From NCBI RefSeq assembly GCF_009914755.1, contig NC_060928.1: a stretch of 64,000 bases of DNA; one strand, 5' to 3'. This stretch comes from the human T2T-CHM13v2.0 reference genome, Homo sapiens. The notes beneath the pieces are model-generated. The model saw only the letters and a list, made by a program, of their open reading frames with translations, made no database searches and was not told where the DNA came from. Positions within the stretch are counted from its first letter, which is position 1. Every line of letters starts with the position of its first letter. Position numbers and translations under genes: made by a program. Shown here one piece after another: positions 1 to 12,340 of this stretch.

Positions 1-1274
1 ACACATTTATCCTTTTGCCGTGAATGGACATTTTCTTGTTTAGTTCTAGGTTTGCAGAACTACATTTTTTAAAAGTTCAGCTTCCATGGCTACTGGCATG
101 AGGAAGACAATGCCAATGACTCAATTGCTTAGGGCACAGCACTGTAGAGAGAATAAGAATGATCTCTCCTATGTCTGGAAGTGGAGAAGGTAGAATACTC
201 TTAGTGAGACACCAGGTGACCCTGTAAAATATAGCAATAGCTGATAGAGTCAGATTTAGGATTGAACAAGATAATACATGTGAATTGCTTAAAACAGTGA
301 GCCCATCAGTGTTGTTTGTTGCTATCATTTCTATTGCAGTCTCATCACAAACGACATCCTAGCAATGAGTTTTGATCTTTTGGGGACCATCTAGTAAAGT
401 TTTCATAACTTACTGACCCCAGATACTCCAAAGACACATAAAAGGCTGGGTAGAATTCTCCTCTAATGCTAGATATTCATTTAGAAACAAGATTCAGCAA
501 AGCATTTATTTTGTAGCCTTTGTTGGGAAGTGGATTTGTGGTTCACCACTTGGAGCATGAGTAGAAATCTGTAAGAAGAATTACTCTGTAAGTCATTTAG
601 CTCAATCCACTCACTTTAAAGATAAGAAAATTGAGACTAGGAGAAGCACCAAATACTTGTCATATCAGTGATAATAAGTAGGTCTTCTTTTCTCATTTGT
701 TAAACTCCATGGGGAAAGGAAATCCAAACTCACATTTAACTATGAGATTGAGACACAGTAAAATTTTGTTAAAGAAAGTGAACTCTATGTAGCTTTTAAA
801 ATTAATCCTACTATTGAGATTTAACTAACCTTACAAGGTTTTCAGACCCTTGGCCAAAGGATATAGTTGTACCTCTCTACAAAGGGTTGAATAGTTGAAC
901 AATTTATGCATTTCATTATCTCTTTACTATCAAGTAAACTAACTGCAGAAAAAGCAATCAGTAGGAATCTAAATAATGACCAAAATTAAACTTATAGATA
1001 AAATTGTCCCTTAATTGACTCGATAGTATGTGCTTTTATCATGATAATACCTGCAACATGCCTTCTTTATCATGGGCTATGGAAAACGGTGAAGAAGCTA
1101 GGGAGTTATGTTGCCAAATTAAATAATGATTATTAAAGATGTAATTATACATGTTCAAGAAGAAAATACAGGGCAATAAACTGAGAACACCATAATACAG
1201 AAATGCAAAGTTTCTATCTTTTACCTCATAAAGAATTTACCTACAGGTTAAAAACAAGGAGATTTTTTCCTTTT

Positions 1275-1329
1275 CCATCATCCTCATCATCATGTCAACA
1301 TTATCCTCATCATCATCATATCATCATCA
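1275..1329. repeat. Imperfect (CAT)n/(ATC)n microsatellite
   Basis: catcatcctcatcatcatgtcaacattatcctcatcatcatcatatcatcatca seen directly. Confidence 0.8.
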
Positions 1330-1378
1330 ATGGTACAATTTAATGAGTAGTTGTTATGAGCTAGCAATATGCTGTTTT

Positions 1379-1388
1379 ACACACACAT

Positions 1389-1423
<35 letters not shown>
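1379..1423. repeat. Compound (CA)n(TA)n microsatellite next to an Alu poly-T
   Basis: acacacatacacacac...atatatatat seen directly. Confidence 0.9.
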
Positions 1424-1439
<16 letters not shown>

Positions 1440-1723
1440 GAGACAGGGTCTCACTCTGCCTCCTAGGCTGGAGTGCAGTGGCGCGATCTCGGCTCACTGA
1501 AAGCTCCATCTCCCAGGTTCGTGCCATTCTCCTGTCTCAGCCTCCCAAGTAGCTGGGACTACAGATGTCTGCCACCACGCCCGGCTAATTTTTTTTTGTA
1601 TTTTTAGTAGAGATGGGCTTTCACTGTGTTAGCCAGGACGGTCTTGATCTCCTGACCTCGTGATCCAACCGTCTCAGCCTCCCGAAGTGCTGGGATTACA
1701 GGTGTGAGCCACCGCGCCCGGCC
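1424..1723 (-). mobile_element. AluY SINE
   Basis: Full dimer on minus strand with AluY-type motifs (aagctcc, gccattct, gtgttagccagga, gacctcgtgatcc); ends cccggcc. Confidence 0.93.
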
Positions 1724-1735
1724 TACATATATTAT

Positions 1736-2230
1736 TGTTTTGGTCCTTTGACGCTGAGGCTGGAATCACCCCCAAAAGCAGTGTCAGGGGAATTCCTACA
1801 AGGGGTGTCCCCACACGAAGCTGAGATGGAGCTGGTTGGGATTCCAAAGAAAGAAGCAATAAATGCCAGGGTAATCGGCCCAAAGCATTTATTAGGGGAA
1901 CCTAATTACAGAGTGCTGCATTAATCCTTGTGACAGACAGTGAGAGAAAAAGGATATTTTACTTAGGTATGTCTGCAGAGCGGGGGTCAGGGTACAGAGT
2001 TTATATGAGGGTTTAAAAATTTTTACTCAAGGCTGGAGCCAGTTCCTCTCAGTGTTTTGGGCAACAACCTAGAGACCTTTATCAGTGTCTATGAATGTTC
2101 AAGGCCCTAGTTTGGCTTCAGGCCTGCTGGGAAAAACTTGCAGCTGGCTGGGTCACAAAATGGTCAAGGCACTCTGTGATTTTCAGTAAGGACACAGGAA
2201 GAAAGCAAGAGGAAACTAGGGGATCCTGCA
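1736..2230 (-). mobile_element. Solo LTR, ERVL-class (MER54/MER74-like; family uncertain)
   Basis: TG...CA termini flanked by exact 5-bp direct repeat ATTAT (1731-1735, 2231-2235); minus-strand AATAAA near 1888. Confidence 0.75.
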
Positions 2231-2581
2231 ATTATCTAATTAATCCTCATGTTAGTCTTTTAGGTTAGGTGTTTATTATAATCATGATTCAGACAAGAAA
2301 ACAGAGGCCCATCTTTCTTTGGGTCGTACTGGTAATGAATAGCAGGACTGTGATTTAAACTAAAATTTGTTGATTCCAAGGCCCAACTTTTGAATCATCA
2401 AGTGCTATTGTTAAAATTTGGTAAATACTAAGGTAAAGAAATAAAATTTCCAGAATTCTGAAAACATTTTCAAATGGAGATTAAATTGTACACATAGACA
2501 CTAGATAAACAAAGTCAATTATTTTATTAGCGCTCTAGAATTTGAGAGAAGATAGTACCTTCAAAAGTTTCCATACAACAC

Positions 2582-3089
2582 TGTATTTGTAATCTATTGC
2601 TGCATGACACATTATGCCACAATTTAGTGGCTTAAAATTTTTACTATCTCACATAGTTTCTGTGAGTCAGAAACTTGGAAGGAACTTAGCTAGTGGGTTC
2701 TGGTTCAGAATCTCTCATGAGGTTGCAGTCAAGATGTGGGACAGGGCTCAAGATATACAAAGGCTTAACTGGGGCTGGAGAATCCACTTCCAGATTCACT
2801 CATACACTGGCAAGAAATTTTAGTTCCTTGTTGGCTGTTGGTAGAAGACCTCAGTTCCTCACCATGTGGGCCTCTCCACAGGGCTGTTTTGAATGGCTTC
2901 CTAACATGGCAGCTGGCTTTCCCAGAGCAAGTGATCCAAGAAAGAGAGAGAGCACTACAGAATCCATGGCACCATTTATAACCTAGTTTTGGAAGTCACA
3001 TCCATTATATTGTGGAAAAGGACTACATAAGAGTGGGAATACTGGAAGGAAGAAATCACTGGGGCCATCTTGGAGGCTGGCTATCATCA
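2582..3089 (-). mobile_element. MLT1 (MLT1F/G-like) MaLR solo LTR
   Basis: tgtatt...ctattgctgc...ttagtggcttaaaa...tctctcatgaggttgcagtcaagatg...ggggccatcttggaggctggcta. Confidence 0.8.
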
Positions 3090-5285
3090 TTTTTATGAAA
3101 GTGTCAAAGAGCTTACCATCACAATTTTCCATCATTGTTAACTTAAGTAAGTGGTCAATTTTACACAGTTGCTATTAGGATGACTTACATAACCACTACG
3201 GCCATTCTAAAGTGCCACTACTGTGCTTATTTTTAGGAAGGCATCATAAAATATTTGGACTAAAGAATACGGACAAAGAGAAATTAGTTTTCTCCCTGGA
3301 TAGTGTCTTTTAGCAGTCATTATTCAACAACTCTTTATTCTTAGCCCCTCATCCCCTTAATTTTCAAGGACATTTAAATACTAGATCTACCATCATGCTG
3401 ACATTATAGCCAGGTCTTGGTATTGAATGGAGCCACAACAAACATAAGGATCAGCATAAGCTCCTGAAGAATACCCTATATCATATTTCTTTTGATGAAA
3501 AGTATTAGGAACCCTCCTGACCTTCTTTTCTAGCTTTCAGCAGACCCTAGCATATAGTGTTGCAAATATGATGAATATAAGACCTGTTCTTGATAACAAA
3601 AACTTAGTGGAAGTTCTCATATGGGATGATCTTAGAAGTAGAAAGTGCCAAAGAATTCAAAAGAATTCAGAAAAGACAGGTTTCCAGGAGATAAAACTCT
3701 CCATTAAAAAAACTAGGTCTTGTGGCCAGATAAAGACATGAAATATCCCAGTTTCATGGAAAGGAAGACAAATTGTTACAGCCAGGTTGGTGAATCTGCC
3801 TTAGGGAAAATGAAACAGACTGGGTTAAGGGAAAAAAGAAACTTGGTTTAGGATCTATGTACCAGGAAGACTTGCCAGCAATCCAATTTACAGTAAGCTC
3901 TTTGACGCTTTTCTCTGGTCCCTTCTAAAGCCAGAAAAAAATCCAGTAGCAACAAGCCATGAAGATAAGGGTCAGTGAGAGCTAGAAGAGATTTGTATTT
4001 GACACATCTGAAGGCAATGTGTTTGGGACAGATAGTCATTATTTAAAGGAAGCAAAGTTGTAACCATGGAGATGGGGCCAAGCACCAAGTACAAACCTGA
4101 TAGGAAGATAGAAACAAAAAAACCAGTAAGGCAGGGTGGCCGATTAGAAGCAGCGGTAGTCTGCAGAACTCACAGAAAGGAATCAAAGTGGCAAGTAAAT
4201 TTGGCATGTTCAACTGAAGTATCAAGATTCTCACATTGGGACTGACTAGGAAAACAGCTCTGCCCACAGAGAATGAAGAAAAGCAGGGTGAGGCAATGGC
4301 CCACGCAGGAGCAGCACAGAGCCAAAGGAACCCACACCCCAGCCAAGAGAAGCAGTGAGTGATTGTGTGATCCCACCCTGGAAACCATGCTTCTCCCATG
4401 AATCTTTGCAACCAGGATATCCCCTTGTAAGCCCATGCCACCAGGGCCTTGGTTCCAACACACAGAGCTGTGTGGAGTCCCAGCAGAGCATCCACTCAGG
4501 CACGCACAGAGACCAAGGAGTTTTGCATATTCTGCCCCAGGATTCCCAGCAAGATGGGAGATCCATCCATACATAGCCCTAGGAGAGGGGCTGAATCCAG
4601 GGAGCCAAACAGCATTGTTTTTCAGGCCCCATAAATTAAGAGCCATCGGTTTCTGTCTTAAACCCATTCCACAGCACCTCATAAGGTAAGAGCCACTGGC
4701 TTGGAATTCCAGCCAGCTGAAAGCAACAGGCTAGAGTCTGCCTGAGAAGGACTGCATTCTAAGGGGGAGGGGAAGCTACAATCTCTGTGGTTCCATTGAC
4801 TCAGCTGTTCCAGCCTGCCAGTTCTGAAGAGTTCAGATGGTGCAGATGAGGAAGGGTCCCCCACAACACAACACAGCTGCACTACCAAAAAGCAGCCAGA
4901 TTGCTTCTTTAAGTGGGTCCCTATTCCCATTCCTCCTGACTGGGTAAGACCTCCTGATGGGGTCTCCAACCACCTCCTACACATATAGTTCAGGCTGGCA
5001 ACAGGTCAGTACCCACCTAGGATGAACCTTCCAGAAGAAGGAGCAGGCTGTCATCTTTGCTGTTTTGTACACTTCACTGGTGATACCTCCAGGTATGGGA
5101 AATACCGAGGAAACTAGGATCTGGAGCAGATCCCCAGCAAACCACAGAAGTTCTATGAAAGAGTAGCCTGGCTGTTAAAAGAAAAACAAACAGACAACAA
5201 CAACATCATCAACAAAAAGAAACTCCAAAAAACCCCATTTAAAGGTCAGCAACCTCAAAGATTGAAGGTAGATAAGCCCACAAAG

Positions 5286-6320
5286 ATGAAAAAGAATCAA
5301 TGCAAAAATGCTGAAAACTCAAAAAGCCAGAGTGCCTCATGTCCTCCAAATGATTGCAACACCTGTCCAGAAAAGACAGAACTGGGCTGAGGCTGAGATG
5401 GCTGAAATGACAGAAGTAGACTTCAGAAAGTGGGTAATAAGGAATTTCACTGAGCTAAAGGAGTGTCTCGTCACCCAGTGCAAAGAAGCTAAGAATCATG
5501 ATAAAACAATACAGGAGGTGATAGCTAGAATACCCAGTTTAGAGAGGAACATGACCGACCTTATGAAGCTGAAAAATACAATGCAAGAACTTCACAATGC
5601 AATCACAAATATCAATAGCAGAATAGACCAGGTGGAAGAAAGAATTCCAGAGCTTGAAGACTATCTTGCTGAAAAAAGGCAGACAAGAATAGAGAAAAAA
5701 TAATGAAAAGGAAGAATAAAACCCCTGAGAAATATGAGATTACATAAAAAGATGAAACCTGTGACAGACTGGGATACCTGAAAGAGAGGGAGAGAATGGG
5801 CCAGGTTGGAAAATATCCGTCAGTATATCATCCAGGAGAACTTTTCCAACCTAGCAAGACAGGCCAACATACAAATTTAGAAAATCCAGAGAACCCTAGT
5901 AAGATACTTCATGAGAAGAGCAATCCCAAGACACATAATCATCAGATTCTCCAAGGTCAAAATGAAAGAAAATATGTTAAGGGAAGGCAGAGAGAAAGGC
6001 CAGATCACCTATAAAAGAAAGCCCATCAGACTAACAGCAGACCTCTCAGTGGGAACCCTACAAGCCAGAAGAGATTGGGGTGCAATATTCAACATTTTAA
6101 AGAAAATAATTTCCAACCCAGAATTTCATATCCAGCTAAACTAAGCCTCATACGTGAAGGAGAAATAAGATCCTTTTCAGACAAGCAAATGCTGAGGAAA
6201 TTCATCACCACCAGGTCTGCCTTGCAAGAGCTCCTGAAGGAAGCACTAAATATGGAAAGGAAAAACTGTTACCAGCCACTGCAAAAATACACTGAAGTAC
6301 ACAGACCAGTGTCACTATGA
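5286..6320 (+). pseudogene. L1 ORF1p remnant (frameshifted)
   Basis: Fragments 5308-5703, 5911-6144 and 6075-6320 translate to ORF1p motifs (RHIIIRFSKV, PIRLTADLS, QPRISYPAKLS) in different frames. Confidence 0.9.
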
Positions 6321-6365
6321 AGCAAACCCATAAACAAGTCTAAAAAATAACCAGCTAGCATCATG

Positions 6366-9300
6366 ATGACTGGATCAAATTCACACATAATAATACTAAC
6401 CTTAAATGTAAATGGGCTAAATGCCACAATTAAAAGACACAGAATGGCAAGCTGGATAATGAGCCAAGATCCATAGGTATGCTGTGGTCAAGAGACTCAT
6501 CTCACATGCAAAGACACGTATAGGTTCAAAATAAAAGGATGGAGGAAAATTTACCAAGCAAATGGAAAACAGAATAAAGTAGGGGTTGCAATTCTAGTTT
6601 CTTACAAAACAGACTTTAAACCAACAAACAAGACAAAGAAAGGCATTATATAATGCCTTTCAACAAGAAGAGCTAAGTGTCCTAAATATATGTGCACCCA
6701 ATACAGGAGCACTTAAATTCATAAAGCAAATTCTTACAGACTTACAAAGAGACTTAAACTCCCACACAATAATAGTGAGAGACTTTAAAATTCCACTGAC
6801 AATATTAGACAGATCATGGAGACAGAAAATTGACAAAGATATTCAGGACCTCAACTCAGCTCTGGATCAAGTGGACCTGATAGATATCAAAGAACTCCCC
6901 ACCCAAAATCAACAGAATATACATTCTTCTCTTTGCAACATGAGAATTACTGTAAAATTAATCACATAATCAGAAGTAAAACACTCCTCAGCAAATGCAA
7001 AAAAAAAAGTCATAACAGTCTCTCAGATCACAGAACAATCAAATTAGAACTCAAGATTAAGAAATTTACTCAAAATCACACAACTGCATGGAAATTGAAC
7101 AACCTGCTTCTGAAAGACTACTGGGTAAATAATGAAATTAAGGCAGAGATCAAGAAGTTCTTTGAGACTAATGAGAACAAAGAGATAATGTACCAGAATC
7201 TCTGGGATGCAGCTAAAGCAGTGTTAAGAGGGAAATTTATAGCACTAAATTTCCACATCAAAAAGCTAGAAAGATCTCAAGTTAATACCTTAATGTCACA
7301 ACTAAAAGAACTAGAGAGCCAAGAGAAAACAAACCCCAAAACTAGCAGAAGACAAGAAATAACCAAAATCAGAGCTGAGCTAAAGGAGATAGAGACACAA
7401 AAAAACCTTCAAAAAATAAATGAATTTAGAAGCTGTGTTTTTGGAAAAAAAATAATAAGATAGATAGACCACTAGCTAGACTAATAAAAAAGAAAAGAGA
7501 GAAGAATCAAATAAACACAATCAAATGATAAGGGGGATATCACCACAGACCCCACAGAAATACAAACAACCATCAGAGAATACTGTAAATACCTTTATGT
7601 AGATAAACTAGAAAATCTAGACAAAATAGATAAATTCCTGGACACATACACCCTCCCAAGACTGAACCAAGAAGAAATGGAATCCCTGAACAGACCAATA
7701 ATGAGTTCTGAAATTTATACATTAATAAATATCCTACCAACCAAAAAAAGCCCAGAATCAGATGGATGCACAGCTGAATTCTACAGAGGTACAAAGAAGT
7801 GCTGGCACAATTTCTACTGAAACTACTCCAGGCAACTGAAAAGGAGAGACTCCTCCCTAACTTGTTCTATGCCATCTTCACCCTGATACCAAAACCAGGC
7901 AGAGATACAACAAAAAACAAAATATTCAGTCTGATATCCTTAATGAACATTGATGCAAAATACTCAACAAAATACTGACAGACCAAATCCAACAGCACAT
8001 CAAAAAGCTTATCCAACACTATCAAGTTGGCTTCTTCCTTGGGATGCAAGTTTGGTTCAACATGCACAAATCAATAAATGTGATTCATCACACAAACAGA
8101 ACCAACGACAAAAACCACATGATTATCTCAATAGATGCAGAAAAGTCCTTCAATAAAATTCAACATTCCTTCATGTAAAAACTCTCAATAAACTAGGTAT
8201 TGAAGAAACATACTTCAAAATAATAAGAGCCATATATGACAAACCCACAGCCAATATCATACTGAATGGGCAAAAGCTGGAAGCATTCCCCTCAAAAACC
8301 AGCACAAGGCAAGCATACCCTCTCTCACTACTTCTATTTAACATAGTATTGGAAGTTCTGGCCAGGGAAATCAGGTAAGAGAAAGAAATAAAGGGTATTC
8401 AAATTGGAAGAGAAGAAGTCAAATTATCTCTGTTTGCAGATGGCAGAATCCTATATCTAGAAAACTCCATCATCTTGGCCCAAAAGCCTCTTAAGCTGAT
8501 AAGCAACTTCAGCCAAGTCTCAGATACAAAGTCAATTTGCAAAAATCACTAACATCCGTATACACCAACAATAGAAAAGCAAAGAGCCAAATCATGAATG
8601 AACTCCCATTCACAATTGCTGCAAAGAGAATAAAATACCCAGGGAATACAGCTAACAAGGGAAGCGAAGGACCTCTCCAAGGAGAACTACAAACCACTGC
8701 CCAAAGAAATCAGAGGACACAAACAAATAGAAAAACATTCCATGCTCATGGATAAGAAGAATCAATATCATGAAAATGGCCATACTGCCCAAAGTAATTT
8801 ATAGATTCAATATTATTCCTGTTAAACCACCATTGACATTCTTCACAGAATTAGAAAAATTTATTTTAAAATTCAAATGGAACCAAAAAAGAGCCCAAAT
8901 AGCCAAGAAAATGCTAAGCAATAAGAACAAAGGTGGAGGCATTATGCTATCCAATTTCAAGCTGTACTACAAGGCTACAGTAACGAAAACAGCATGGTGC
9001 TGGTACAAGAACAGACACATAAACCAATTTAACAGAATCAAGAACGCAGAAATAAGACCTCGCACTTATAACCATCTGATATTCAACAAACCTGATAAAA
9101 ACCAGCAATGGGAAAATGATTTCCTATTTAATAAATGGTGCTGGGATAACTGGCTAGCCATATGAAGAATATTGAAACTGTACCCTTTCCTTATACCATA
9201 TACAAAAATCAACTCGAGAAGGATTAAAGACTTAAATGTAAAACCCAAAATTCTGGAAACTCTAGAAGAAAATCTAGGCAATACCATTCAGGACATAGGA

Positions 9301-10140
9301 ACAGGAAAAGATTTCATGACAAAAACACCAAAAGCAATTGCAACAAAAGCAAAAATTGACAAATGGCATCTAAAGCTTCTGCACAGCCAAATAAACTACC
9401 ATCAGAGTGAACTGACAACCTACAGAATGGGAGAAAAATTTTGCAATCTATCCATCTGACAAAGGTCTAATATCCAAAGACTACAAGGAACTTAAGCAAA
9501 TTTACAAGAAAAAAAATCAACCCATTAGAAAGCAGGCAAAGGACATGAACAGACACTTCTCAAGAGAAGACATACATGAGACCACAAACATATGAAAAAA
9601 GCTCAACATCACTGCTCATTAGAGAAATGCAAATCAAAACCACAATAAGATACCTTTTCACTACAGTCAGAATGGCTATTAATAAAAAGTCAAAAACAAC
9701 AGATGATGGCAATGTTGTGGAGAAAAAGGAATGCTTATACACTGTTGGTGGGAGGGTAAATTAGTTCAACTATTGTAGAAGACAGTGTGGCAATTTCTCA
9801 AAGATCTGCAGGCATAAATACCATTTGACCCAGCAATCTCATTACTGGGTATATACCCAAAGGATTATAAATCATTCTATTATAAAGATATATGCACATG
9901 TATGTTCACTGCAGCACTATTCACAGTAACAAAAACATGGAATCAACTTAAATGTAAATCAGTGACAGACTGGATAAAGAAAATGTGGTACATAACACCA
10001 TGGAATACCATGCAGCCATGAAAAGGAATGAGATCATGCCCTTTTCAGGGACATGGATAGAGCTGGAAGCCATTATCCTCAGAAAACACAGGAACAGAAA
10101 AGCAAACACTGCATGTTCTCACTTACAAGTGGGAGCTGAA
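6366..10140 (+). pseudogene. L1 ORF2p (endonuclease/reverse transcriptase) remnant
   Basis: Starts atgactggatcaaattcacac; fragments [51 protein letters not shown]; many stops and frameshifts. Confidence 0.92.
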
Positions 10141-10479
10141 TGATGAGAATACAGGGACACATGGTGGGAAACACTGCATACTGGAGCCTATTGGGGGAGT
10201 GGGGAGAGGGAGAGCATCAGGAAGAATAGCTAATGGATGCTGGGCTTCATACCCCGGTGATGGGATAATCTGTACAGCAAACCACCATGACACACCTTTA
10301 CCTATGGAACAAATCTGCATATCCTGCAAATGTACCCCTGAACTTAAAATATAAGTTGAAGAAGAAAAAAAAAGAAAACAGCAAGGTGAATAGGAGGATC
10401 AGATGCAGGGCAAAAATCGGAAAATTTGGGAATATGGCTCTAAAGGAGAAATTTTGAATGATTTACTCCAATCAAGATT

Positions 10480-11790
10480 TACCTTGACCACTCTACCAAA
10501 ATTGCTCTTGTAAAATTTACCAGTGAGTCCCTGGATTTAACAGTTATGTTGATAAATACAAAGGGCAGTTCTCTGCTTTTTTCATCAGCATTTGACAGGG
10601 GTGTCCATTTTCTCCTCTTTGATTACAACTTTCATTATTTGGCTTGCAGGCAACTACAGTGCCTGGGTATTCTTCCTACCTTGATCATTGGTCCTTCTCC
10701 GTCTTTTGAGCTTGTTCCTTTCCCAGCACATGATCTTCTTTTCTTCTCCCTGTATACATACTCACTTTGTGATCTCACCCAGGCTTATGACTCAGCACAA
10801 TTTATACACCAATGATTTCCAAATGAATATCCCCATTCTCACCTCTCCCACAAACTCAGGTTTCTGTCTCTGCTGGGGTGTCTAAACTTAATATGCCCCA
10901 AATTAATCTCCTTGTCTTATCCCCAAGCCTGTTTTACCTATAGCCTTTTCCATTTCAGTGGATGGCAACTCCATTCTTCCAGATGCTCAGGCCAAAAACC
11001 TTGGTGTCATCACCAACTCCTTCCATTCTCACCTCACAGCCAATTCATCATCAAATCCTATTGGCTCTGCTTTCACAATATATCCAGACTCTCACTGCTT
11101 CACCCAACTTCCTCTGCTTATTTCTCTGTTTTCAGCCTCCTTCTCTCTGCTGGTTGCTGATGTAGTCTCTCAAGCATGCTCCATTTCAACATTTTCTCCT
11201 ATAGTCTATTCTCAAGTCAGCCAGGTTGTTTCATTTTAAAGTATAAATCCGAGCATTTCATTCCTCTGCTCTAAACCCATTTCCCACCAAGTAAAGCCAG
11301 ATATCTTGTGATACCCTGACCCTTCATGAGATGACTTTATTTCTTTCTCCCTTGATCCCAGTTCCAGCCACAGTGACCTCTTTGCTGTTTTTGAAAATAC
11401 TTTTTTCATTTGTATTGGCTATTCCCTCTGCCTATAACACTCTTCCCCAATGACTCACATGGCTAACCCCTTCAGGTCTATGCTTAAAGACTAATGCCTC
11501 AGTGCAGTCTACCTTGACCACTCTTTTTAAACACTTCAACCTCCTCCCACTCCACTATTTCTGATCCACTTTCATATTTTTAAAAAATAATACTACTTTC
11601 TAACATACAATAAATTTTAGTTTATATTTATCTATTATGTTTTTTCATGGTAAGACTATCTCCCACTGCCAGGGAATTAGTTCAACAAGGGCAGAGTTTT
11701 CTGTTTTGTTTACTGGTGTATTCCAAGTGTCTAGTAGAGTGCCTGACATATAGTAGGCACTCTATAAACATGTGTTTAAGAAATAAATGA
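10480..11790 (+). mobile_element. L2 LINE 3' portion
   Basis: gctcaggccaaaaaccttggtgtcatc...gtgcctgacatatagtaggcactctataaacatgtg, a typical L2a 3' end. Confidence 0.8.
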
Positions 11791-12049
11791 TTTATATATT
11801 AAAGTATTGAATCTTAAAACTCTGGGGAGAAAAGTCTTCTATAGAAGGATGATGGGTGAAGCAAGAAGCCCTGTCAGAAGCCTAATGCTCCAGTTCTGGT
11901 GAAGTCTGTTGGAGCTCTGACGAGGTGGTAGGAGCTGTGCAATCTTGTGTGTGGCCCAACCCCCTTGTCTGAACAGAGCTGACCTCACCATTAGCAAGTG
12001 CTTTCCAAGTCCTCACTTAGTCCTGGTCTCACTTCCAACACTTGTTAGA

Positions 12050-12340
12050 TAATATTTCCTTAAAGCCCAGCTCAAACATTAATATGCAAGTGAAGCCTTA
12101 ATCAACTTCTCTCCACCTAGGCTGAATTTGTTGCTACCTTATCTTGTTTTCACATCTTGCCCATATCTTTCACATAATGCTCTTCACACTGCATGAAAAT
12201 TTGGAGACGTATCTTTATATATTCATGATTTTGTGTTTCCCCTGCTAGATTGTGAGGTCCCTGAGTATAGGGAATATGTTTTATTGATCTTTCATCTTTG
12301 TAACTAAACTAAAATTAATGCCTGCCCATGATAAATGGTC
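12050..12340 (+). mobile_element. L2 3' fragment
   Basis: ctagattgtgaggtccctgag...agggaatatgttttatt. Confidence 0.55.

Larger units (their letters stand above)
1330..2400 (-). mobile_element. MIR SINE split by an AluY and a solo LTR
   Basis: MIR-like pieces at 1330-1380, 1724-1735 and 2231-2400 (attatctaattaatcctcat...gaaaacagaggc) are collinear with the MIR consensus. Confidence 0.6.
4132..10372 (+). mobile_element. Full-length decayed LINE-1, L1PA11/12-like
   Basis: 5'UTR, ORF1 and ORF2 remnants, 3'UTR agagcatcaggaagaatagctaatggatgctgggc, A tail; imperfect TSD AAAAACCAGTAAGG (4118-4131) / AGAAAACAGCAAGG (10373-10386). Confidence 0.95.

Noticed and set aside
1275-1329. Poly-His coding stretch
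   Set aside because: No surrounding ORF or splice sites; simple repeat at a MIR end.
4043-4984. Overlapping 100-170-aa ORFs
   Set aside because: They lie in the GC-richer L1 5'UTR and have no recognisable domain; chance ORFs.
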